Assembly: GCA_051251915.1 (NCBI GenBank)
Contig: JBPOGF010000005.1
Span: forward strand, 64,001 to 128,000
DNA from: Akkermansiaceae bacterium
GTDB taxonomy: Bacteria > Verrucomicrobiota > Verrucomicrobiia > Verrucomicrobiales > Akkermansiaceae
Direction: 5' to 3'
DNA length: 64,000 bases
Below the pieces are notes generated by a model. The model searched no databases, was not told the origin of the DNA, and worked only from the letters and a program-made list of their open reading frames with translations. Made by a program: the position numbers and the translations under genes. This document shows positions 26,764 through 36,020 of this stretch, one piece after another (within the stretch, counting starts at the first letter, position 1; the number at the start of each line of letters is the position of its first letter).

Positions 26764-28428
26764 TTAAACGAGAAATTTGATTGATTTGAGCTTAGCGTGA
26801 GAGTCCGCCATCCGTGCTGCTAAGATATGTGCACAGGGGCCCTGCATGAGTTTGTTTTGTGAGAAGAAATTACAGTTACAGGTGGCACTGGTGATGCGTT
26901 CATCTGCATCTATTGCGACTCTGACGGTGTAGACTTTGTTGGTGTCTTTTACTGTGGAGGTGAGGATTTGCTGACCATTTTCGATGCGTGATTTTACGCT
27001 TACGTTGCCTTGATCGATGAGTTGTTTGGCTTCTTTTTCGCGGTCGTTTTGGTAGCGGAGTTTATTGAGAGGTAGTGGGTCTGCGGAGAGTTCGCGGAGT
27101 CGCCAGAGTTTGTTTGCTCCGTCGTAGATGACGCGGCCTTCTTGGGTTGCGATGGCTAGTGCGCCGAGGGTGAGGCTGCGGTCCATGCCGGTTGATTTGG
27201 CAAGATCATCTGCGGTAGCGCTCCAGGTTTCGTGGAGTTTGGTGATGACTAGGCTGACTTGGTCTGCGGTAACTTCTGCGCGTGGTGCGAGGAGGTCGAA
27301 GTTGGCTGAGCGGGACCAGTCGTTGGCAGTCCAGCCGGAGAGGCCGAGGGTGAAGTTCATATCGCCATCGCCGATGTTGACTCTCCAGAAGCTAGGCATT
27401 CCGTTACCTAAGAGGCTGACGTGAATGCTGCTGGCTACTGGGATGAGGCGCTCTAGGGTGAAGAGTCTGCGTCTGCCCCAGAGTCTGATGGTTTGTTCTG
27501 TGTGGCCTAGGTAGACTGAGCGTGGGCAGGAAATTTTATCTCCCCAGGGGTCTATTTCTATGACGAGGGGTTGGCCGGGTTTGAGGTGGAAGCGTAGTGA
27601 TCTGGGGCCGTGGGTTTCCTTTTTCCTGCGCATGTGGAAGAGGATGTTGTGGAGGTCCATGGGGTGGAGCTGGGTCTCGGCGGATTGCATGGTCTGGGCT
27701 GCGCTTACTTGGAGGAAGCCTCGTACCCAGGTGTCTGGGAGATCTATTTTTACTTCGCGGTGTTCTTCGTCTTTTCCGGTTTCTACGGAGAAGCCTTCTG
27801 GGTCGATGGTGAGGAAGGTTTCTTTGTAATTTCTGATTTTCTGGAATTCATCGTAGAGTGCGGCGGAGTAGTCGACATTGGTGGTGCCGCAGGAGAAGTC
27901 ACCGAGGGAGTCGAATACATTATGGCTGCATGATAGCTTGCCGTATGATGATTCATCGACGCTGAAGCACTCGAAGAATATTTCGTCTGGGTGGATGGTG
28001 ATGACGGGATCTAGGACGAACCACCAGTCACGGTTGGCGGTGTAGAGGTATTTGAAGTATTTGTTCTGAGCCTTGTAGAATGGCTTCATGTGTTTCATCT
28101 CAGTCTGGGTCAAGAGGTTCATTTCTTCGCTGAGCTGAGCGACTTTTGACTTGTTTGATGACTGCTGTGACATGAACTCTGCGAGCCAGCCGTCTTCTTG
28201 TGACTTGAGCCATTCTTGGTATTCTGTGGAGCTTCTTGGGGTGTAGCGTTGGTCTGAGATGACGATGTCGTGGAGTGCGGAGATGGCTTCGCGGTAGGGG
28301 AGTTTGTTGTTTAGCTTGCCGTGAAACCAGGCTGGGTCGCGGCGGGCATCTGGGACGAATTCCATCTGAGTTTTGCCTGCGCTGTTGGCGACTTTCGAGA
28401 AGCCTCGGTATTTGTATTCGAAGATCAT
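26764..28428 (-). CDS. SWIM zinc-finger domain protein (retron-associated)
   Basis: C-terminal CNC-x12-CAH SWIM motif; ATGA overlap with upstream gene. Confidence 0.85.
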   Translation of the reverse strand: MIFEYKYRGFSKVANSAGKTQMEFVPDARRDPAWFHGKLNNKLPYREAISALHDIVISDQRYTPRSSTEYQEWLKSQEDGWLAEFMSQQSSNKSKVAQLSEEMNLLTQTEMKHMKPFYKAQNKYFKYLYTANRDWWFVLDPVITIHPDEIFFECFSVDESSYGKLSCSHNVFDSLGDFSCGTTNVDYSAALYDEFQKIRNYKETFLTIDPEGFSVETGKDEEHREVKIDLPDTWVRGFLQVSAAQTMQSAETQLHPMDLHNILFHMRRKKETHGPRSLRFHLKPGQPLVIEIDPWGDKISCPRSVYLGHTEQTIRLWGRRRLFTLERLIPVASSIHVSLLGNGMPSFWRVNIGDGDMNFTLGLSGWTANDWSRSANFDLLAPRAEVTADQVSLVITKLHETWSATADDLAKSTGMDRSLTLGALAIATQEGRVIYDGANKLWRLRELSADPLPLNKLRYQNDREKEAKQLIDQGNVSVKSRIENGQQILTSTVKDTNKVYTVRVAIDADERITSATCNCNFFSQNKLMQGPCAHILAARMADSHAKLKSIKFLV

Positions 28429-31400
28429 GAGCGGACCTCCCGGGTTTCTAGATCGATGAGTTTTAGGTCAGAATAGAAGTTGAGGTTGAGTTCTGGCCAG
28501 GTGCGCTGGGTGTTTAGGATGGCTTCTAGGCAGGTTGCTTTATCTCCGATGGCGCAGGTTGCGGCGTGGTCATGCCAGAGTTGGATGGCCATGACTGCGA
28601 CGTCTTGATTTTTCTCTGCTTCTTGTTTTAGAAACATGGAGACGCGGTCTTTTGCAACTCTTCCTGAGCTGACGGCACCCATTACGGTGCGGAAGTAGAA
28701 TTCTAGGTTGAGGATGATTTCTGGTTGGTCGCTGGCGGTTTGCTTGAGGAAGTGGGTGGCGAACTGCTGCATCTCACGGGTTGGGTGCTGGCTGAGCTTG
28801 GTGAGGTAGATTTCACCGTCTTGTTCTCTGAACCTTTTGGTGATCATTTCTCTGCCGAAGTCTTGGACGCGTGGTTTGACGCTATCGCAGAGGTCGACTA
28901 ATGCTTCTACTGTCCAGCGCTCTTCTGGGACGCGATTTCTGAGGAAGTCCATGCCGAAGTCGCGGACGTCATCCCATTCAGATTCGACTAGTTGGCGCGT
29001 CTCTGAGAGCTGCATCATTAGGCGTTCTGGGTTCTTGTGAAGGTGTGAGATGATCTGCTTGCGTAGTGCTTGATGTGGGTGGTTGGCCCATTCTAGGACT
29101 TGGAGGAGTGGTTCGTCATCGAGCTTGGTTTCGCGTTCCAGTAGGTGAAGTCCGAGAACGTGGGCTGCGGCATATTTTGACTTTAGCATGCGGCGGAATG
29201 TGTCTTCTGGTATGGCGGTGAGGGAGCTGCGAAGTGGGCCTAATAGGATGGCGAGGACGTCATCATGGATGCCTTCGGATGCTTCTTTGCGAACTACAAA
29301 TGGGTAGAGGCTTTCGACCATTTCGCGTCCGAAGCTGGGCTGGGCGGCTACGAGGCGTTTTAGGATGGGGAGTATTCCTTGGCGGAGTTCGGCAGATTTA
29401 GATGCGCAGCAACTGGCGATGAGATCTGATTGTTCGATGAGTTGTTCATCACTGAATGCTTCTAGTAGGCTGACGCCTTGGGCACGGATGGAGGCGTGTT
29501 CTGACTCGATGGCATTGATGATAATTTGTTCGGGGACGACTTTGCCTGTTTGGGCGTAGTGCCGGTAACAGTGGAGGGCATACCACTGGGATTCTTCATC
29601 TTGGCTGGCGAGGAGTCTGTTTAGCTCTGACTGCTCTACGAGGTCAGCGGTGTGTTTGTAATTTAGTAAGGCTAGGGTCTGGATGGCTAGCTGGGCTGAG
29701 CGTGTGGGTGTTGAGTTGGTGGGGAATAGGGATGCTATTTCGGTGAAGATGTTGGGGATATTTTTTCGTATGTATAGGCCGCGTAGGCGCTCGTGGATTG
29801 CTATTTGTGGGCTGGTGAAAATTTTCGCTAAGAACTGTGGTTGAGTGAGTGTGGCGTCGATGGCTTGGGGTAGGTAGGTGAATCCTATGGTGTGGGCTTC
29901 ATCGAGGTTTGAGAGGATGAGTGCTTCTAGGAGCTTGTAGTTGGGTTGTTTTGGGTTCCAGAATTTATCGACAAGTTCTAAGCCTAGTCGCTTGGTGTCA
30001 TCATAGAATGAGCTGATGAAATGGACGATGTCTGTGGCTTGGACTTCATTTACGAAGTTGGGGTTTGCTAGCCAGACGGCATTTGCGAATCGATGCACTT
30101 CGTTAAGTTTGGCATGACTTAGTAGGTGAATGATGGCGTCTGGTGCTTGGTCCCAGAATTCTTGGTATGGTTCTTCGCGGAGTTCCTTGATGTCATCATT
30201 TGGCGAGGTTCCTTCTAGGTATGACCAATGGAGGCTTTTAGGGGAGAACTGAAGGCGTGGAGAGTTTCCTCTGAGTATCCATGTGAGGCAGTGGAGGTTG
30301 CCGTAGCGTGGGGCATGCTTTTGGTATTGCTGAAAGCGCCTTGTCTTTTGATTATAGGAGTAGGCTGTGGTCTGTTGTAGCAGGTGGGTGGGTAGAGCTT
30401 CGCTTGCTGAGGCGAGGATGCCCGTGGCCTGGGTGATGTAGCTTGCGATGTCTTTATCTTGACCCATTTTGGTTAGGCTAGATACTGAGCGTTTTTTGAA
30501 ATAGCGTTTTGTGTTTGAGCTGAAGACGCCTTTGCGCACTAGTTGCTGTGTGTTGCCGATGAATTCCCATCGTTCTGAGGAGCGGCAGGCTTCGACTTCT
30601 AGGCGGTTTACGAGCGTTCCGAGCATCATGCCGTCATGCCTGACTTCGCTGAGTTTATAGAGTAAGCGTAGGAGGCGGAAGGTGCCTTCATCTATTTTGA
30701 CCTGAGCTGCGAAATCTATGAGATGTGGGCTAATGGATGAGTCTAGAAGGCTGATGCTGTAGAGGATCTCCATGTTTACTGGAGCACTGGCATCTTTATA
30801 GAAGGTGGGGCTTTTTAGGTATTCAGAAAATTGGTCAGAGGTAAGTTTTTCTTTTGTGTCTTGGGAGAGTTTTTCTTTTTGTTGGTCTAGGAATGTGAGG
30901 GCATCGGGCTTTGGAAGGCAGAGGATCCGGGCTTCACGGATCATTCGTTTTACTGGTTTTTCATCGGTGATTTTTTCAAGCGCGTCTAGTATGGTGGTGC
31001 TTGTGGTGCTTGTGGTGCTTTTGTCTCCGATGCGAGCGATGGTCCAGGCGATGGAATATTTCTCAATTTGGGTGAGCTTTGTGGTTATATGCTTAGCGAT
31101 TAATGGTAGGGCGGATTTGATCTGAAGTTGGCCAGCTCGCCAAATTACGCGTGAGAGTGACCAGTTTGTTTTAGAGACTTGTGGTGTCCATTTTGCTAGG
31201 CGGGTTAGTATTGCGGCTTTTTGTTCGGGGGTGGCGAGGCATGTATCGGCTTCATCTGGTTCAGGACTCGGTTCTGGTGCTGTTGTGGAGTCTGTGGAGG
31301 GTGGATGAGTGTGGGATGTTGAGTTGTCCAGGTAGCCTTTGTCGGTTTTCTGTTTCACGAGTCTTGTGAACATGATCTCGGCAACAGCAAGATCTACAGG

Positions 31401-31559
31401 GAAAGCGGTCTTGGTGCCTTCACGTAATCTGCTGCCGGCTTTACCGAATCTGAAGTTTACTACGTACTCGTCATCAGCAGACTGACAGAGGTCGACTTCG
31501 TAAACTTTATCCGAAGTTCCTTTTGTAAAAAGCAATTTAGTCTGTTTTATAATACGCAC
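28425..31559 (-). CDS. WGR-domain plus ARM/HEAT-like repeat protein (retron-associated)
   Basis: N-terminal SDKVYEVDL..YVVNFRFGK.G..F..LV..K..KGY WGR fold; long Leu-rich helical remainder; GTG start. Confidence 0.82.
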   Translation of the reverse strand: MRIIKQTKLLFTKGTSDKVYEVDLCQSADDEYVVNFRFGKAGSRLREGTKTAFPVDLAVAEIMFTRLVKQKTDKGYLDNSTSHTHPPSTDSTTAPEPSPEPDEADTCLATPEQKAAILTRLAKWTPQVSKTNWSLSRVIWRAGQLQIKSALPLIAKHITTKLTQIEKYSIAWTIARIGDKSTTSTTSTTILDALEKITDEKPVKRMIREARILCLPKPDALTFLDQQKEKLSQDTKEKLTSDQFSEYLKSPTFYKDASAPVNMEILYSISLLDSSISPHLIDFAAQVKIDEGTFRLLRLLYKLSEVRHDGMMLGTLVNRLEVEACRSSERWEFIGNTQQLVRKGVFSSNTKRYFKKRSVSSLTKMGQDKDIASYITQATGILASASEALPTHLLQQTTAYSYNQKTRRFQQYQKHAPRYGNLHCLTWILRGNSPRLQFSPKSLHWSYLEGTSPNDDIKELREEPYQEFWDQAPDAIIHLLSHAKLNEVHRFANAVWLANPNFVNEVQATDIVHFISSFYDDTKRLGLELVDKFWNPKQPNYKLLEALILSNLDEAHTIGFTYLPQAIDATLTQPQFLAKIFTSPQIAIHERLRGLYIRKNIPNIFTEIASLFPTNSTPTRSAQLAIQTLALLNYKHTADLVEQSELNRLLASQDEESQWYALHCYRHYAQTGKVVPEQIIINAIESEHASIRAQGVSLLEAFSDEQLIEQSDLIASCCASKSAELRQGILPILKRLVAAQPSFGREMVESLYPFVVRKEASEGIHDDVLAILLGPLRSSLTAIPEDTFRRMLKSKYAAAHVLGLHLLERETKLDDEPLLQVLEWANHPHQALRKQIISHLHKNPERLMMQLSETRQLVESEWDDVRDFGMDFLRNRVPEERWTVEALVDLCDSVKPRVQDFGREMITKRFREQDGEIYLTKLSQHPTREMQQFATHFLKQTASDQPEIILNLEFYFRTVMGAVSSGRVAKDRVSMFLKQEAEKNQDVAVMAIQLWHDHAATCAIGDKATCLEAILNTQRTWPELNLNFYSDLKLIDLETREVRS

Positions 31560-31667
31560 TCAACTAACCATTAAAGAATGGTTACTGGCTCGGCAAGCTC
31601 ATTCTAACGAGAACGAGAGGTAGCGGTGGGGGATAAGTAGAAAGGGGGGATTTCTTGCTATCCGATA

Positions 31668-32168
31668 TTAGCAATCCAGTTTTTGGCTGGTGTGGTTGCT
31701 GTGGGTGCGGGATGGTGTGGAGCCGAAGATCTCTAGGATTTCTGCCGCGTCTTTTGCTTCAGAGAGGTTCTGGCGGATCTCGCAGTTATTAAACATCTTG
31801 GCGATGGCGGAGAGCGCTTGGAGGTGGAGGTGGTAGCCCTTTTTGGGGACGATGAAGAGGAGGATGAATTTTACAGGGGCATTGTCGATGGCGTCGAAGT
31901 TGATGCCTTTTTCTGATCTGCCGAAGATGGCGATGACTTCTTCAAGTTTGTCTGAGAATGCGTGTGGGATGGCGACGCCTGAACCGATGCCAGTGCTGGT
32001 TTGTTCTTCACGGATGTGGAGTGATTTTAGGATGTCCTCACTGTTTTCTCCACCAAGGAGGTCACGTGTGTCGAGGTGGTCGATAAGTTCTTCGATAGCA
32101 GGCCAGCGTTCCTCGGCATCCATGCCTAGGAGTATCCTTTCTTTAGTGAGTATGCTGGCTAGTTTCAT
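31668..32168 (-). CDS. PTS EIIA domain protein (PtsN/fructose-type)
   Basis: REEQTSTGIGSGVAIPH, GINFDAID..PV..I.L; start trimmed to MKLASIL. Confidence 0.88.
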   Translation of the reverse strand: MKLASILTKERILLGMDAEERWPAIEELIDHLDTRDLLGGENSEDILKSLHIREEQTSTGIGSGVAIPHAFSDKLEEVIAIFGRSEKGINFDAIDNAPVKFILLFIVPKKGYHLHLQALSAIAKMFNNCEIRQNLSEAKDAAEILEIFGSTPSRTHSNHTSQKLDC

Positions 32169-32354
32169 AGGGTGATGTAAAATGCATGATCTGGAGATGG
32201 AGACCATTATTGCGGAGACTAGATTTCATAAAGAAGCAGTGCTGTCTAGGTAAAAATCAGTTCTTAGTAGTGATTTACTGTATGACAAGGGGGGTGCGGA
32301 TGAGTGAAAAATCGTAATATTCGTTCTGATCTCGCGGTATTTTGTTTAGGTAAG

Positions 32355-32717
32355 TTACATTCGCTGGGCGTTTTTGCCTTCGTCGATGAGGTTCCAGAAG
32401 TGCTTGGATTTACTGAGCTCTTCGTCTTCGCCGACGGGGAGTTTAGTGCGGAAAAGGAGGTCTGAGAAGGTGTTCTTGTGTAGCACGCGGTGGACGATGA
32501 CATTTTCATCTACTACTTCGAAGTAGACGCGATAGTCACCGGCGCGGAAACGGAAGAGTGTGGTTCCGGCACGTTCTATTTTACCGTAGTTTTCACCATC
32601 GATATTTTGGAGCGTGTCTTGGGTTACCTTAAAAGCATCAAGGAGTTCTAGTTGCTCAAGGGTGTCTAGGCGGGAGATCTCTCCGGCACTGATTTCGTTA
32701 AATACTATCTGTAGCAC
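32355..32717 (-). CDS. RelE/ParE-like fold protein
   Basis: LFRFRAGDYRVYF...VIVHRVLH motif; GTG start. Confidence 0.7.
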   Translation of the reverse strand: MLQIVFNEISAGEISRLDTLEQLELLDAFKVTQDTLQNIDGENYGKIERAGTTLFRFRAGDYRVYFEVVDENVIVHRVLHKNTFSDLLFRTKLPVGEDEELSKSKHFWNLIDEGKNAQRM

Positions 32718-32752
32718 GGGGCAATAGTACAGAGGGGTTAGTAAAAAGCGAT

Positions 32753-34795
32753 TTATTTTTCCGTCACTTTAAGGCGGATGAAGCGGCGGGCGTGATCACT
32801 GACGGGGAGGTTGTCTCTGACGCGTAGGGTGGTGGTGGAGTTTTCTAGAATGTCGGTGGCTTCTGTCCAGTTGCCGCTTTCAAGGTCTGGGGAGAGTTGG
32901 ATGGTGTAGGTGATGTTGGACTTGATGGAGGTTCGAGTGACTGTGATCTGGAGGTAGTCTATTCCGTTGTCGGTGACGATGGATGCTTTTGGTGTTGCTG
33001 AGCTTCCATCGGGGTCGGCGGCGGATGTGGGATCTGTGCCGAGGGCGTATTCTGTGAGGTTATTTAGCCCGTCATGGTCAGGGTCTGCGGAGTTGGCGGC
33101 ATCACCTGAGTCTGCTGAGCTGGAGAAGTTGTCCTGGCGCCAGTTCATGAGGGGGCTGAAGGTGGTGGCGGAGGCGACGTTGGTGTAGAATGAGTCGCCA
33201 TTGGAGTTGGTGGCTTTTACGCGGTAGTAGTAGGTTGTGCTTTCTGAGGGAGCGGTGTCGGTGTATGTGATGGTGTTTGCGGGGAGGGTGGCGATGGTGT
33301 TGAATGCTCTACCTGATAGGGGGCTACGCTGGAGTTCGAAGTTGAGTTCGTCATTTGAGTTATCGGTCCAATTTAGGTCAATTTCTGAGTATGGCTGGGC
33401 TGTGGCGGTGAGGAGAGTGGGGGCGTCTGGCGCAGGGACGGAGAAGTTAAATGCGAGGGCGTAGTCTTCTGAGTTGGTGGTTTGGCTTGATCTGCGTTTG
33501 ATGACTTGGATGACGTATCTGCCTGCTGGGAGGTCTCTGGTGTGGATGTGTTCTACGTTGTCTACGGTGCTGATGCTTTGTTCTACTACTGCTCCTGTGT
33601 CTGCATTGTAGAGGATGAGGTCTAGGTTGTTGATATCGGTCTGTCCAGACTGGCGGTGCCACACTAGAGTTGTGGTGAGATCATAGAGGGGACTGGTGCT
33701 GGATGGGATGTCGAAGTAGTAGTTGTCTATTCGGTCGTTGGCTGGGAGGAATGTTTGAATGGTGGAGAAGTTCCAGCCACTTGGTGATGAGACGTTACCT
33801 GCTTGGCCGCTGGCAGGGGTGTAAGTGGGTGCAATGGAGCTGTTTTGGGAGGAGGTTGGGCTGTGTTTTCCTCCTTGGAGTATGAGGTGTGAGTTGTTGA
33901 CGTTGAGCATTCCGGCGCCTCTTCTGGTATCTAGTGGATGGGTGGTGGTGTTAGACCATGCGGTGTCTTTGACGGCGCCATTTAAGAGGAGTGCTTTGAT
34001 GGTGCGGATGTCTGAGGCTGATGTGGCTGTGCCTGTTCCACCGTCTAGAAGGAGTGCTGCTTCGATAAGTATGGTGGCGCTACCGGCGACATATGGGGTG
34101 GAGTAGCTTGAGGCTGAGCCTGGTGCGATGAGTTCAGGTTTAGAGCGACCATCGGTGGGGTTTGGGCTGTGGTTGAGGTCTTCTTTACCGACTGCGATAC
34201 CATTGTATGAGGTTGCGGGGCTGGCGATAGCGATTCCTGTGCTATTTTGTATTCCGTTTACAAAGAGTGTTTGGTAGAGGTCTGCGTAGTTATCGTACAA
34301 TCGATCTGCGGTAGTGTCTTGAGCTCCAAAGACGAAGCTTTGGTTGATAACTTTGGCGTTGATGTTGGTGCTTGTTGCTATGATGTTGGTGTAGAATGTG
34401 TTTGCGTTGAATACATAGATTTCAGCTACATCGGTGGCTACTCCTGTGTTGGTGTCAAAGTAGTTATTTGCAACTAGGTTTGCGTGGCCAGATTGTTTTT
34501 TAGACTCGTAATCACTGGGTGTGAGATAGGTATTATCGCTATCAAAGTATGAGAATTTGCTGGGATCTTGTGATGCGGTAGCAGGGTTGGGTTGGTAAAT
34601 CTCATAATCGATGGCTTCGTTTGTGTTAGAGTCTGCCTCGATTTGGGCGATTCTGAGACCAGAGCCATTGAGGCCCGGCTCGCGGGTGAGGAGGTCTGTG
34701 AGACCGATGGTTTCTTTTTCGTCCGCTGTGAGTAGTGAGGAGGAGCTGAGGAAAAGAGCGAGGGGGAGGCTTAGGCTTAGGAAAGGAGGCTTCAT
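32753..34795 (-). CDS. Secreted S8 subtilase-like peptidase with FN3 domain
   Basis: SGHAN, KPELIAPG, SSYSTPYVAG, GAGMLN; FN3 LNWTDNS..YYYRVKATN; DPDHDGLNNL.EYALG; start trimmed to MKPPFL. Confidence 0.8.
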   Translation of the reverse strand: MKPPFLSLSLPLALFLSSSSLLTADEKETIGLTDLLTREPGLNGSGLRIAQIEADSNTNEAIDYEIYQPNPATASQDPSKFSYFDSDNTYLTPSDYESKKQSGHANLVANNYFDTNTGVATDVAEIYVFNANTFYTNIIATSTNINAKVINQSFVFGAQDTTADRLYDNYADLYQTLFVNGIQNSTGIAIASPATSYNGIAVGKEDLNHSPNPTDGRSKPELIAPGSASSYSTPYVAGSATILIEAALLLDGGTGTATSASDIRTIKALLLNGAVKDTAWSNTTTHPLDTRRGAGMLNVNNSHLILQGGKHSPTSSQNSSIAPTYTPASGQAGNVSSPSGWNFSTIQTFLPANDRIDNYYFDIPSSTSPLYDLTTTLVWHRQSGQTDINNLDLILYNADTGAVVEQSISTVDNVEHIHTRDLPAGRYVIQVIKRRSSQTTNSEDYALAFNFSVPAPDAPTLLTATAQPYSEIDLNWTDNSNDELNFELQRSPLSGRAFNTIATLPANTITYTDTAPSESTTYYYRVKATNSNGDSFYTNVASATTFSPLMNWRQDNFSSSADSGDAANSADPDHDGLNNLTEYALGTDPTSAADPDGSSATPKASIVTDNGIDYLQITVTRTSIKSNITYTIQLSPDLESGNWTEATDILENSTTTLRVRDNLPVSDHARRFIRLKVTEK

Positions 34796-34903
34796 GATAA
34801 AGAGGGTATTAGCTATGTATCCTAAGATAGTGGGCTTGCTGGAATTCACAAGGAAATTGTATATACAATGCAGTTGCAGCGTGTGCTAGGGGATGGTGGC
34901 TAG

Positions 34904-35410
34904 CTAGTTGTTCCAGAGGTAAGATTCCTTGGTGGAGATGATTTGGCCTCCGTAGATGAGGTCCGTGCGCCAGGCTAGTATTCTTCCGCCTATGCTGTAG
35001 TCTTTGCCAATGTTGTTGAATGCCCACTTGCCTTGTTTGGTTCCGATGGGGTAGGTCTTTGCTGCGGTGATGATTTTTGAGCCTGTGGAGGCTTGCTTAT
35101 AGCGGAAGACGAGCTGGGCTTGTCTGTTCCAGTCTGTGATCTCTGGTTGGTCTAGTAGGTTCCAGCGAATGCGGTAGTATTGTCCGATGCGTTGTTGGTG
35201 TTCTTTGATGGAGACAGCTCCGTAGAGGCGTTTTTGTTGATCACCTCTGACCATGGCGGCGTCGTTATCTTCAATTTTGATGGAGCGGAGGGTGAATTTA
35301 TCCACATAGAGGTTTTGATTTTCTGTGGAGCATCCAATGGTTCCGAAGAGAGCTCCGGAAATGATACAGATACTTGTGAAAAATCTTTTTAGCATGTCCC
35401 ATTCAGGCAT
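34904..35410 (-). CDS. Hypothetical lipoprotein
   Basis: TIGC lipobox; LYGAVS, GGRILAW, SYLW; start may be internal MLKRFF. Confidence 0.7.
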   Translation of the reverse strand: MPEWDMLKRFFTSICIISGALFGTIGCSTENQNLYVDKFTLRSIKIEDNDAAMVRGDQQKRLYGAVSIKEHQQRIGQYYRIRWNLLDQPEITDWNRQAQLVFRYKQASTGSKIITAAKTYPIGTKQGKWAFNNIGKDYSIGGRILAWRTDLIYGGQIISTKESYLWNN

Positions 35411-35489
35411 CTAATGAGGTGCTTGCCAATGCTGAATCTGTTTATGGTGTAATTTTCTATTCCCAAAGAGGGAGGAGTTGGTATAACTC

Positions 35490-36011
35490 TTGAATAAGAA
35501 AATGACAGAAACCCCAATCATAGCAGAAATCCTGGATAAATTGAATCTCTTCATTAAGCGAAAGGGGCTTAGGCGCACACCGCAGCGAGATGAGATTGTG
35601 ACGTTAATTTTTAGTAAGGATGAGCATTTTACAGCAGATGAGTTGTATGATCGTATTCGTAAGAATAATTCTTCAGCGTCGAGAGCTACTTTGTATCGGA
35701 CGCTGAGCCTACTGGAGGAGGCTGGGTTGTTACATGAGATAGATCTTGGGGGGGATCAGAAAACGTATGATCCTAATTTTGTTGATTCGCCATCGCATAA
35801 CCATTTGATCTGTATCGACTGTGGGAAGGTGGTGGAGTTTGAGGATGATAACATTGAGATTCTCAATGACTGTATCACTAGGAGGATGGGATTCCGGCCG
35901 GCGAAGCAGTCTATCCGCATCGAGGCGTGTTGTGAGACATTGCGAAGCTCGGGTGTGTGCAAGGATTTGATTCAGGCGAGACTTTCTAGTAAGAAAATTC
36001 ACAAGAAATAG
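35490..36011 (+). CDS. fur: Fur family transcriptional repressor
   Basis: R.TPQR, HFTADELY, ATLYRTL, HNHLIC..CG.V.EF; start may be 35502. Confidence 0.88.
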   Translation: MNKKMTETPIIAEILDKLNLFIKRKGLRRTPQRDEIVTLIFSKDEHFTADELYDRIRKNNSSASRATLYRTLSLLEEAGLLHEIDLGGDQKTYDPNFVDSPSHNHLICIDCGKVVEFEDDNIEILNDCITRRMGFRPAKQSIRIEACCETLRSSGVCKDLIQARLSSKKIHKK

Positions 36012-36020
36012 ATAGATAAT

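Noticed and set aside
30994..31020. 9-bp x3 repeat gtggtgctt in the WGR gene as a phase-variation tract
   Set aside because: In-frame (STT x3), so slippage would not shift the frame
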